Below, in pieces: positions 25,114 to 36,824 of a stretch of 64,000 bases of DNA. The notes below the pieces were generated by a model. The model did not search any database and had not been told where the DNA came from. It was given only the letters and a program-made list of their open reading frames with translations. The translations under genes and the position numbers were made by a program. The stretch comes from Camelus dromedarius. Lineage: Eukaryota. Each line of letters opens with the position of its first letter. Position 1 is the stretch's first letter. The stretch spans positions 57,598,001 to 57,662,000 of the forward strand of contig NC_087446.1 of the NCBI RefSeq assembly GCF_036321535.1. The letters are read 5' to 3'.

Positions 25114-25690
25114 TGTGTGGCGACTGGAGCACGTACCCTAGATAACGGCCCAGGAGTCATCAGTAAATGTTAAGTTTCTTCTTTTTTAATTTATTTTTGA
25201 AGGGAGGGGAGGTCATTAGGTCTATTTATTTATTACTAGTTTTCTCTTTTTTAATGGAGGTACTGGGGATTGAATCCGGGACCCTGTGCATGTCAAGCAT
25301 GCGCTCTACCATTTAAGCTGTACTCTCCTTCCCAAATGTAAGTTTCTGATATGACCCCTGCCAACTGCCCTTGTGATAGTCTCCCCTGCCTTCCAGGCCT
25401 TTCCCTTGTGTGCCCCTTAGAGGAAACCCCTGGGAAGCATACTTGCTCTTTTTTAATGAATTAACCATTCTGGCCTTAGCCAGGGAACCTGAAAGGACTC
25501 CAGCCTTGGACCCTAATAAAGGCACGTAGCGCAGATCCAGCATCTCTCTCTCCAGGATCCTGCCTTGACTTCCCCCTGTGGTCCCTCCTCCAGGACCTGA
25601 AAGTAATAAACTTCTCTATTTCACTTTGCCTTGTGATCTTTTGTTGAAGCCTCGCTCACCATCCTACAGTTCTGGGCTCCTCTCAACGAT
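25114..25690 (+). mobile_element. Solo LTR (ERV-type), interrupted by a SINE
   Basis: GC-richer segment with LTR-like AATAAA at ~25606 followed by a U5-like tail; sequence is continuous across the nested SINE; termini and TSD not resolved. Confidence 0.55.
25180..25333 (-). mobile_element. tRNA-derived SINE (camelid Vic-1-like)
   Basis: ggaggtactggggattgaatccgggaccctgtgcatgtcaagcatgcgctctacc; TSD aaatgt(t)aagtttct at 25165-25179 and 25334-25347. Confidence 0.85.
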
Positions 25691-26523
25691 GCTAATTTAG
25701 CAAGTCACAACACAGTGGGAAGCAGAACTATTTTGATGGCCAGGAACGGAGATGAATGTTAGAAGAAAGACGTCTACATTGCGACTCATATTTGTTCAGA
25801 AGGTTGCTTTTTTTAAGTCCAACTCAAATAATATGACTGTGTGCATAGTAAGAAACTGTGGCCCTGTGGAATGAAATTATGGTTTATGAGGCACTATCAA
25901 AATTCGTATAAATTAGCAGTCTCATGAAGACTGCAGAAAAGCAGCAAAATCATAAGTACATGTTATGTTTTTGTTTGCTTATGTTTATTTACTGAGTTTC
26001 TCTCATATATACATATATGAGTATGTACGTGTATATATGGATGTAAATATGTGTGTGCATAGTGGATGGTATGGTGTAATAGGCACTCCATGCAGTAGAA
26101 ACATGTCATTTATGTAATCCGAGATTGGAAAAGTCAAACTAGCCCAGAATTCATCTTTTTGCACCCTGGATCTATTTTTTAAAAATTCATAGATGATTGT
26201 CTTTTAATTATGAGTTGTCTAAACTCTTTCTACTTCGTAATGAAAAATCGCATGCCTCTGATGAAGAATACAAGCTACAGCCTGTGATCACTGATGAGCC
26301 AAACACTGCACCAAGGTGATTAGCAGTTAGCAGGATTCTTGCAAAGTATTTCTTTTCCCCATATTTTATCTCACTGTAAACATTCTGCTTCAGAGAAACA
26401 GAATGGGAAGACAACTGAGATCAGAGATGCGTTTATGGATTTTATTAATATATTTGAGATTATATCTATATTTAGAGTATCCTTGGATACGCATACTTTG
26501 ATTCTTAGAAACTGGGCTAAGAT

Positions 26524-27474
26524 ATGATTTGTGAAAATCACACCCAAGTGACTGAGTTTATTCTTCTTGGTTTTACCAACAACTCTGAGATGCAAGTTTC
26601 CCTCTTTGTTTTGTTCCTGGCCATCTATACGGTCACTTTGTTGGGCAATTTTCTTATTGTCACAGTTACCAGCGTGGATCCTGCTCTTCAAACACCCATG
26701 TACTTCTTTCTCAGAAACCTGTCCCTTCTGGAAGTCTGTTTCACCTTGGTCATGGTGCCGAAGATGCTGGTAGACCTAGTGTCCCCCAGGAAAATCATCT
26801 CTTTTGTAGGCTGTGGTACCCAGATGTACTTCTTTTTCTTCTTTGGCAGCTCTGAATGTTTCCTTCTCTCTATGATGGCTTACGATCGCTTTGTGGCCAT
26901 CTGTAACCCTCTCCGTTATTCAGTCGTAATGAATAGGTCCCTCTGCTTGTGGATGGCTGTGGGTTCCTGGATGTCTGGTGTTCCTGTCTCTATGCTACAG
27001 ACAGCTTGGTTGATGGCCCATCCTTTCTGTGGACCAAACACCATAGACCACTTCTTCTGTGATGGTCCCCCAGTGTTGAAACTAGTCACCCAGGATACAA
27101 CCATGTACGAAATGCAAGCACTTGGCTCCACACTACTATTTATTATGTTTCCCTTTTCCCTCATTTTGGTTTCCTACACCCACATTATTAAAACCATCCT
27201 GATGATGCCCTCTGCTACTGGCCGCCAGAAGGCGTTCTCCACTTGTTCATCCCACCTTATTGTGGTGTCCCTTTTCTATGGAACAGCCAGCTTGACCTAC
27301 CTACGGCCCAAGTCCAACCAGTCGTCTGAGAGCAAGAAGATAGTATCGTTGTCCTACACTGTCATCACACCTATGCTAAACCCCATCATCTACAGCCTAA
27401 GAAACAACGAAATGAAGGGGGCAGTCAAGAGGACAATCACTCGAAAAGTCTTGCAGAAGTTAGATGTGTTTTGA
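26524..27474 (+). CDS. OR10A7: Olfactory receptor 10A7, intact, 316 aa
   Basis: All OR motifs present; MICENHT start and KVLQKLDVF end match my recollection of human OR10A7; splice acceptor at 26507-26508. Confidence 0.9.
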   Translation: MICENHTQVTEFILLGFTNNSEMQVSLFVLFLAIYTVTLLGNFLIVTVTSVDPALQTPMYFFLRNLSLLEVCFTLVMVPKMLVDLVSPRKIISFVGCGTQMYFFFFFGSSECFLLSMMAYDRFVAICNPLRYSVVMNRSLCLWMAVGSWMSGVPVSMLQTAWLMAHPFCGPNTIDHFFCDGPPVLKLVTQDTTMYEMQALGSTLLFIMFPFSLILVSYTHIIKTILMMPSATGRQKAFSTCSSHLIVVSLFYGTASLTYLRPKSNQSSESKKIVSLSYTVITPMLNPIIYSLRNNEMKGAVKRTITRKVLQKLDVF

Positions 27475-27599
27475 GCTCTGTTGGGTAGAGCTGTTTTGAA
27501 CAAAGTAGGAGCACCACAAGCCTTGAATAAAAGCTTACAAGGAGTGGAAGATTTGCTCTTACTTTGTCAGGCTCACTTACTATGACAGGTAAGTCTCAG

Positions 27600-27995
27600 G
27601 ATTTCAGTCAGAGTCTCAGCTCAAATTGGGATAGTTGAGAGAATCTTTATGAAGGGATTATTCACAAACTGTGGGGCGGCTCATATGACGGAACTTCCTT
27701 ATCCCTTGATCTGAAGGGCAAGGAGAAGGAGAATGAACTGGAGTCTGGAGAATGCTAAGACTATAAGAAAAAGCCACTCGCCAGGAGCTCTCTTCTTTAG
27801 AAGAGGAGGGCAGCCATCCCAGCCTGATTCTGCCCTGACTCTCTCAAATCTACTGCTGGTGTCTGTTCTTGACTAAACCAAATCTGAGACAGAGGGCGAG
27901 AATGTCCATCGATGCAGTAATCAAGGGACCATCTTCTGGAGCATGGATCAGGATGGAAAAATTTATGAAGGGTAAATGAAAATATCACCAGAAAC
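27600..27995. mobile_element. Old MaLR (MLT1K/L-like) LTR
   Basis: aaaccaaatctgagacagagggcgagaatgtccatcgatgcagt...agggtaaatgaaaatatcacca resembles old MLT1 LTR text; approximate. Confidence 0.45.
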
Positions 27996-29988
27996 CACTA
28001 TTTATTCGGCAGCTAATGTGATGCAAAGACTAATCTGTAATGTGTTTTGAGTGAAGTTTTAAAAGGTGGAGAGTATTGAAAGGTGGAGATTCGCAGTTGC
28101 CAAGAATTCATGGTGCAAATTCTTTATATGTGTGGCTGGTTTAAATAAAGTTATTTAATAAAATTACCTTAGTATTAATATTTGGTGACACGATTCTGAA
28201 CTTCGTTGATCATTGGATCAATTGGTTACTCATTTGTATTAATCAAATGTGACTTAGAATTTAAAGAACAAACTTTATTTGACACAACATTGTAAAATGA
28301 ATATAACTCAATAAAAAAAAAAAGTTTAAAGGCAAAAAAACTCACACCTTATTTAAAATGAAAAAAAAAAGAACAAACTTTGCTTGATAATATTGTAAAA
28401 GCAAGAGTAAAGATAGTAAGAAGCAACATGATATATGAAGTCACTGCCTATAACAAATGCGACTGAGTCAGTTTAATTTTGGAAAATCTCGTATTTCCAT
28501 TAGCAAAGGAAATATATTGGCTTTGAATATGTAATTTATGCATAATGGTAACAGTTGCTCTAAGACTTCATTAGTCAGTGTTTTTCTTCACTGTACAAAA
28601 TTTTCTTTAAGCAATAATAACTCCCTAATCATTTGTTGTCAATTTTCAGGAAAATTTAAAAATCATTGTAAATTTCCAACTTTTGATGACTATTTTAATT
28701 TAATTGTGATTCCCCGAGGTTTGCATCCATTGAGAGTGGTGAGAGTTTGGGGTAGGAAATATCAGTTCTTTTAAATCTTTCTCCTCCAATGGCCTTTTAA
28801 TTTCTTAAGTCTAGCTCAGATATTTTAAAATTAATGTTACTAAGTTCAATGACCATCTGGTAAGACTATTGCAATGGTTTCCTGCTAGCTGTATGTGACT
28901 CGAGTAGATTGTGAGATTGTAAAATGAATTGAGTAGTGCATGTGTTATGTATTTAATAACTAGCAAAATTAAACATAGAATAGAATAAAATAAGCAATAT
29001 ATGAAAAAAGCTTATGGGAGCACTTGATACATAGTAAACACTATCTGATTGTTTGATAGTGTTTGTTAGAATAACAAAATATAGAGGATTCTGCAAATGT
29101 TTTAGTTATGCATACATTATCTTCTGAATGAAATGTAAATTAATTTCTTCTGTAAGGTGCGAGCAAAAATGTTAAAAAGTGATGCACCTCTTGCATATCC
29201 TGTTATTTATAAACTATGATTTTTTTGTAGGGAATTTATAATATAACTACTATGTTTCAAATAGTTTTATTAAAATTGATACAAGTCACAGAATTACAAA
29301 ACCTTCATGGAGATTTTTTTTTTTTTAATTTTTAGCCTCAATTTACAAGTTGATTTTTATCTTTAAAGTTCCAAAACCTAGTTAATAGGGTCAGTGTGAT
29401 ATCTAGAGGTATGATTGAAAAGATTGGTTTGGTAAGTTGTTGTCCCAAACAAGTGATGTCATCACTAACGGTAATTCCAGAATTTACTTTGGGCCAAATA
29501 TTTTCATCATTGTTCTTATGGTGATACAATTGACTTTTTGGTTGTAGTGAAAAGACGTTTTGCATGAGTCCTTTCTAAGTTTACAATTCCGTAGACTACT
29601 TCCAAATATGTTTCCCTTATCGTAGTTACAAGCAATTTTGGAAATATTTCCTCTAAATGTCCTTAAGTTTGAGTGTTAGAGGGTGTCATCAAAGGCCAAA
29701 CCTCATACACATAAGATAAGAATTGGTTAGATTGGTTAGTTTACATATTATCCAATCCTGTTACATACAGGGGAGCCGAGGTAAGAAGAAAAATCAAGTG
29801 CATCTGGTATTTCGGCATAGCTTAAAAAGTCTGTCTTTGGTTTATTTGAACAGCGCTCAAGTCAAATTAACGAATCCAAACAAATACATAGCATTGCTTC
29901 ATATTTATATTTTAATGTGAAATGAACAAAACTGTCCTAAAGGAGTTTTAGATTTGTTTAGGAGACATAACTTAAGAACCATTAGCTA

Positions 29989-30115
29989 AGGGGGTAGGGT
30001 ACAGCTCAGTGGTAAAGTGCATGCTTAGCATGCACGAGGTCCTGGGCTTGGGGTCGGAGTACCTCCGTTAAAAAATAAATAAATAAATAACCTAATTACT
30101 ACCCCCCCCAAAAAA
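29989..30115 (+). mobile_element. tRNA-derived SINE (camelid Vic-1-like)
   Basis: A-box agctcagtggta, A-rich tail; perfect 15-bp TSD aagaaccattagcta at 29974-29988 and 30116-30130. Confidence 0.9.
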
Positions 30116-30469
30116 AAGAACCATTAGCTAGTAAAAATACAATTATATAATGAAGTGATAAAGCAAACTTCTCACTCTCCGAAATCAATGCTGCAGTAAC
30201 AAATACATGCACATTTATAAATTAATATCGATAGTGAGTGCTGTGGGTGTTTGGGTAGCAGACAGAATAAAATTTATTTAAAATGATGATTCATTGTGGA
30301 ATGAAACCTACAGACTTGGTAGTCAGATAATCACTCATTTGAATTCAGAATTCAATACTCAGTAACAACCTATTTATCCTCCATGAACTTTCATTTTTTC
30401 CCGTGTTTGTGGCAAAGTCAGGTGAGTTTCTATTGTGCTGTTACAATTTGATGTACCCAGAAAAGAAGG

Positions 30470-30960
30470 GACAGTGATTATTTACAGACCACATAGCCTC
30501 TGGACTCCTCATTTTATGATTCTTAGGGGAAGGCTGAAACCATCTTCTATGAAGATGTGAAGCCAGATACACCATATTTTACCCAGACTCCCTTACAGCT
30601 AGTTGATGGGTGTGCAACCTAAGCTCACGGAATCACATTTTGAATCTCAGTTTAACCACGCAGAGAAGTGAGGGCAGTGGGGATGAAGCCAGGGGCTCCC
30701 AGCGCCCAGGGACCACGGAGACTGAAGCTCTATGGCGGTGCCAGTGCCTGATGCCCGGAGTGCTAGCTTAAGCTGTGGCATCCAGGGTCCAGCAGGGCCA
30801 CAGCAGTGTGTTGATACAACTGATTCTGGAGCGTTAATTTGGATGTCCACTGTGGTCCTGGTTATGCTTGCATTTCCCTTCCTATTGTGTATGTGGTGTG
30901 CTTCTAAATATTTTTTCAATATTTTTCCTGTGTAAATCATTGAGTCAGTTAAAATTCTTT
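30470..30960 (+). mobile_element. ERVL LTR (LTR33/LTR16-like)
   Basis: catatttacccagactcccttacagctag resembles the LTR33 motif ccagactcccttgcagctag; approximate. Confidence 0.45.
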
Positions 30961-31454
30961 TTAAGTGAAGAATGCTAATGGATAAAAATCAAACAAATCA
31001 GGAAACAAATGTCATTTGACTGAATTTATTTGAAAGATCCATCAAAATGGCTCATACAGAAGCCTTTTGGAAGGAACACTTGAATTTAGAGGGAAAAATT
31101 TTTGCATCTATATGTATATTTGGTATATATAGATATGGAGAGATAGAACCCTCACTTAGATGTGAATAACCTTCTATGTGTGTGTTACTTGGGTATCTGG
31201 AAGACAGTAACAATTTAAACAATAAGGCTTTTAAATGTGACCTTAAACACTACAATGGTATTTTTTATTTTTAGATTAGTTGAATGTGCTTTTTTTACTT
31301 CAACCATTGGCAGATTTGTGAAGAAATGTTACATTTTGTTTAAAAAGTGATAATCAGTTTTCAATCCACTTTTTAATCTTAATGTGAACAAAAACCATAT
31401 ATGAATAAAGCAAAATCAAAGTGTGGTAAAAAAAAAAACACTAATCTTAGTTTT

Positions 31455-32600
31455 AAAAAACCCAAGTGCATATACATCAACTAATATTTGCCAAGAGAGA
31501 CAAAAGTACTCAACGGAGGAAAGACAGTCTCTTCAGTAAATGGTGCTGGGAAAACCAGATATTTGTATGTAAAACATGAAACTAAACCTTTATCTTACAT
31601 CACTCACAAAAATTAATTTGAAATGGATTAAAGACTTAAATGTAAGACATGAAACCATAAAACTCCTAGAAGAAAACAGGGAAGAAGCCTCCTGACGCGG
31701 GTCTTGGCTATGATTTTTGGATAGAAAACTTAAAGCAAAAACAACAAAATAAAAAATTAACAAATGGGACTTCTCCAAACTAAAAAGCTTCTTCTGCACA
31801 ACAAAAGAAATAATCACCAAAATGAAAAGGCAACTGCAGGATGGGAGAAAATATCTGCAATTTCTCTAATAAGAGGTCAATTTCCAAAATAAATAAAGAA
31901 CTCATACAACTCAATAGCAAAAAAACAAACAATCCAATTAAAAATGGGCAAAGAACGTGAACGGACATTTTTCGAAAAAAAGATATTCAAATAGTCAACA
32001 TTTGAAAGGTGCTCAATGTCATTGATCGTTAGGGAAATGCAAATCAAAATTACAATGAATTATCAACTCATACTGTTAGAATGGCTACTATCTAAAAGAC
32101 AAGAGATAACAAGTGATGGCAAGGATGTGGAGAAGGGGAACCCCTTGTGCACTGTTGGTGGAATTGTAAATTGGTATAGCCACTATGGAAACAGTGTGGA
32201 GGTTCCTCAAAAAATTAAAAATACAACTACTATATGATCCTGCAATTGCATTTCTGTGTATTTATCCAAAGGAAACAAAAGCACTATATTGAAGAGATAC
32301 CCTCACTCTCATGTTTATTGCAGCATTATTCAAAATAGCCAAGACAGGGATACAACCCAAGTGTTCATTACAGATGAATAGATAAAGAAAATGTGGTGTA
32401 TATACACATACAACAGAACACAATTAAGCTATAAAAAAGAAGGAAATCTTGCCACTTGCAACATGGATGGAACTTGAGGACATTATGCTAAGTGAAATAA
32501 GTCAGACAGATTAAAACAAATACCGTATGATTTCACTTACATGTAGAATTTAAAGAAAACCAAACCCATAGAAAAAGAGATCAGATTTGTAGCTTATAAA
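31455..32600 (+). mobile_element. 5'-truncated L1 (ORF2 3' end plus part of 3'UTR)
   Basis: gacagtctcttcagtaaatggtgctggg...aaagacttaaatgtaagac...cattatgctaagtgaaataagtcagaca; ORF2 decayed. Confidence 0.85.
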
Positions 32601-33009
32601 ACTATTAACTCTTTTGTTTGTGAAATTTGCATGCATTTCCACATGATTTAATCAGAAATATTAATCAGAATAAATTTCCAGGAGGAGATGACAAATTTCT
32701 CTTAATGTTACTCCTTGAGTGATAAATGTTATAGTGAAATTTATTTCCTTAACTGAACACTTCAGAGGGCCTTTCAGATTAGTCTATTTCAAATACTTGA
32801 TATAAATTCAATATTTATTTGCAGTTTGTTCAAACTGTTTTTGATTTGTCAACCTTATCTTTCTCTGTATTGAAGTATCTTTGGATTACTTTGGAGAAAA
32901 GAGAGAGTTCACTCAGAGTATTGATCCCTCGTGAAAAATTAAGGTAATATGGCATGCTGGGATAGTTCAAGCCTAGAGAAATTGTTATAAAAGAAGATTC
33001 AGGTAAAAA

Positions 33010-33420
33010 AAAGATTCAATTAACATATATTTATAGTATCCTAAGTATGTGCTAGTCACTTTCATAAGTCTTAAGAGATACAGCATTAAGAAAATCCTTC
33101 ACTTAGTGGAGCTTATATTTTAGTGAGGATGACAGACAATAAACACATAAGGAAATAAAGAAATCATAGAATTTAGGAGTGATGTGAACAATAAAAAAGT
33201 TTACCCTGTATAAAACACCAAGCAAGTTAAGGTGTTAGGCAGTGACTGAGTGGGGGCTATCTTGTGTCGTGGGGTCTGGGACACTTCCTGAGGCATTCCC
33301 ACTTCTGAGATCTGAATGTCATGAGGGAGAAAGGACAGTGCAGAAAAATGGAACAGCAGGTGCAGAGGCTTTGAGTTGGCAAGGTGCTTGGGTGACGAAG
33401 AAATAGCAAGATATACACCC
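33010..33420 (-). mobile_element. L2 3' fragment
   Basis: attcaattaacatatatttat...gagatacagcattaag...tggagcttatattttagtg resembles the antisense L2a 3' end. Confidence 0.6.
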
Positions 33421-34127
33421 AGAGCAAATGAATCTGAAAAATAGTAATAGATAAATTCTAAGAGCAGTGGAAACATACAGAAGGCGTGGCAGGGGATTGT
33501 AACCTGCTCTGCTCCACCACAGGACTGCCATTTTCTTCCTCTTCCTCGCGAATGTGACCCATCTTTGTTGGGAGAGAAAGCCAGGCTATTCTTGGGTGTT
33601 TTGAAGCAAATTCTGACGGCCCAGGGAGGATTTCCCAGTGGGTCCTAAAGCTTTATATACTCCGTTTCAGCCACAAAAGGAGCTGGATTTGGAACTAAGG
33701 CAGAACTGATTCCCCTGCTTGAGGTAGGAGAGGGCTGGCGATCGCTGCAGTTAACTAAAGATGGTGTAGTCTCATTATTGCCTTGTTTGTCTACCTTTCA
33801 TGTTTGCTTGCTGACATAACTGCACATGCATTCTTTTTAATAAAACTTTGATAGACTTGAACAAATACAGGTAAATATCTCAAAACATTACATTTTAGCA
33901 GTGAAATGTATGTTCAAGTACAAAATATTACACTATTCTCAGAATTAAAGTGGTAAAATAAATCAAATCATGTCTTTTTCCCCTGTTTTTCCACTATGCC
34001 CATTCCTACTTTTCATGTATTTAATTTTCTTAAATTTCCTCTTAAATGTAATCTATAACAATACTCTATAAATAAATAGATATTTGTTAAAGCTTTGGGT
34101 CCACCACAGAAGGATACAGAGGTCAAA

Positions 34128-35405
34128 CAGACGAAAGGGCAATTTTGCCAGGAAGATTTACTGTGTGGTAGAATTACATCTGGAAAATTTGAGGGTTCAG
34201 ATCTCTTAATCTTATAACTTTAGCCAATTGGCACTTTTATAGAAAATTGTCCCTTGTTAAATACCTCTATATTAACATATTTATAAAGTTATAATATGCT
34301 ATGCAGTTATGTTATCCAGGAAAGACTGGAAAAGTTTTTCAATGTCTTATCAGTGACAAATAAACCTTATCTTTTTTTAAATCAATGTCTTATCAATAAA
34401 TCTTTTTAAGACAATATATTTTTTGCCAAAATAAATCTTGTTTGGATGAAGTATTCATTATATGATCATAGATACATATAATTATATATAAATGTATACA
34501 TATATATTTTATTTAGTAAAATGTTTCAATTATATGGGAATCACTTACAAAGTGTTTTGTCAAAAAATACTACTTAAAAAATTTTCTCAGAATATTAATA
34601 TTCTTTACTGAATGTTTGATTCATTACTTTCTAAGTTACAGTTTTTAAACTTAATAGATGGGGGAGGGTATAGCTCAAGCGGTAGTGTGCATACTTAGCA
34701 TGCACGAGGTCCTGGGTTCAATTCCCAGTACCTCCACCAAAATAAATATAAATAAATAAAATAAATTACCTCACCCCCCCAAAACAAACAAAAACCTTAA
34801 TACCTAGGATCTCAAACTAGATTAGGGTTGACATTTTCAAATTATCCGATGCTAAATATTTTCATGTAGAAACAGAAAATCATTACCAACTGTTCAAATC
34901 CCAAAATGTGTTTCAAATAATTGTGGCAATATTACAATTTAATGAACTATTTTTCATTGTGGAAGAAGTGTCCTAATATTTCTGAATATAAAATATTTTT
35001 GTAAAATTCATTATTTGTGCATAATTTAAAATTTTTAATTCATAATTTTTAATTTTAAAGTTAAATTTTTAATTATAATTTTTAATTTATCTGTACTTAT
35101 TATAAAGTAATCAAGTTAATATCTTCAGACACACATAGTCATAATCAATTAACACTTAAATTTACATCATTGATACATTAATCTAATTATTCATTAACAA
35201 CATAATTTTTAATATAACACTGCATAACTGCATAGCATATTATAACTTTATAAATATGTTAATATAGAGGTATTTAACAAGGGACAATTTTCTATAAAAG
35301 TGCCAGTTGGCTAAAGTTATAAGATTAAGAGATCGAACCCTCAAATTTTCCAGACGTAATTCTACCATACAGTAAATCTTCCTGGCAAAATTGCCCTTTC
35401 ATCTG
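34128..35405. repeat. Long inverted repeat: arms 34128-34311 and 35223-35405, ~97% identical
   Basis: Hand alignment of the left arm to the reverse complement of the right arm gives 4 substitutions and 1 one-base indel in 184 bp; the inner 83 bp are identical. Confidence 0.95.
34660..34795 (+). mobile_element. tRNA-derived SINE (camelid Vic-1-like) inside the inverted-repeat spacer
   Basis: ggggagggtatagctcaagcggtag...gaggtcctgggttcaattcccagtacctcc plus A-rich tail; imperfect TSD aa(a/c)cttaata. Confidence 0.9.
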
Positions 35406-36824
35406 TATCACATATTTCTGGAACTTTTAACTTGATAAGGATATAATGTGGAACTATTGCTAATGTATTACATACAGCCTTATGAAAATATGTGAACATA
35501 AGTACTGAAACAGTTGCTAAATGAAAAAGAAACTTTATAATTTTGCCTAGGAAAATTCATTCTTTTAGTAATATTTCTTCATGTCTGATGATGGAAAATA
35601 TTAAAAGAAAATTCTGAGGAACTGTATGCATAAATTCAATTGGAGTTTCTATTTGCATAAAAGCTCTATAGCATTTAGTAAAACAGGTCTGAATATAAAG
35701 AGAAATCAAAAATATATTTTGCATTGAAATTTTTACCAAATCTGTAAAATTTTCTTTTAAAAAGATATAAAGAAAAATAGAGCCTATTATTGTAAGCTGT
35801 TGATTAATTTTAAAGTTGAATGAATTAAAGCACACTAGATATAACTATAAAATAATTTAACTTTATGATCCCGTGCTACATGAAGGTAATTTTTTATAAA
35901 GAAGAAAAGAAACAATTTTGTTAATTGTGAGTGTCAGATAAAATTGTATGGAGAGCTGAGCCTGGATTTACTTCTTAAGGAACTGTAATAGGTTGATGGG
36001 CAGATCCTGCATGCAGCAAGAAACACGATCAGTGAGGTTTTTTTTTACTTAATATTTTACCGCAGATGGGTTAATCCATATATTTATGTTAAATGGTGAT
36101 CTCATTTACTGAGCCCTTTTCATGACACAGAAACTGTAAATAACACGAATTCCAAACACTTTAAGGATTAAGAAAAAACTATCCAGGTTTTGAGCTTCAG
36201 TAAGTGCACAGAATTATTATTCAAAATGAGAAAACTGAAATAAACAAAAATAAAAACACAAAGCAGAACAAAACAAAACAATCAAGTTCAATTTTATTCC
36301 TAGAGTTCATACCTTGGATTATTTGTATTTGTTAGCTGATAAACTGAGAGTTAAAAGGCTAATGTAAGAAATTCCAAATAAAGCCTGCTATCTAAACATT
36401 TCTTCAGATTCATCTATGCATGTGACAGGAGACAATAATTTATAAAGTCAAACTAGAATAGAAAGAATAAGAGGGAAAACATAAACAAGTGGGGAAACAT
36501 GAGAAATAAATATTGATATAATTTAAAAGAAACAGTTGAAAATGTCCCTAAGAAGCAGGACCTTTGTTATTTATGAATTAAGATAGGGAAATGTGTAAAT
36601 TTTTCCACCAAAAGAAATGTCTGTAAATCAACTATACTTCAATAATAATAAAAAAAAAAAAAGGTTATGTCCTTTGAAAAATGAGGGATAGAGGAAGATT
36701 CTGATTTTACATTTTACTTCTAATTCTTTTGACCTTCATCTTCTATTTCAATAAAAAACTGGAACCGTTTGTTTTATACCAACCTTTATCATTATTACTA
36801 TTTTCTCCCTTTTGTGTGAAGTTA

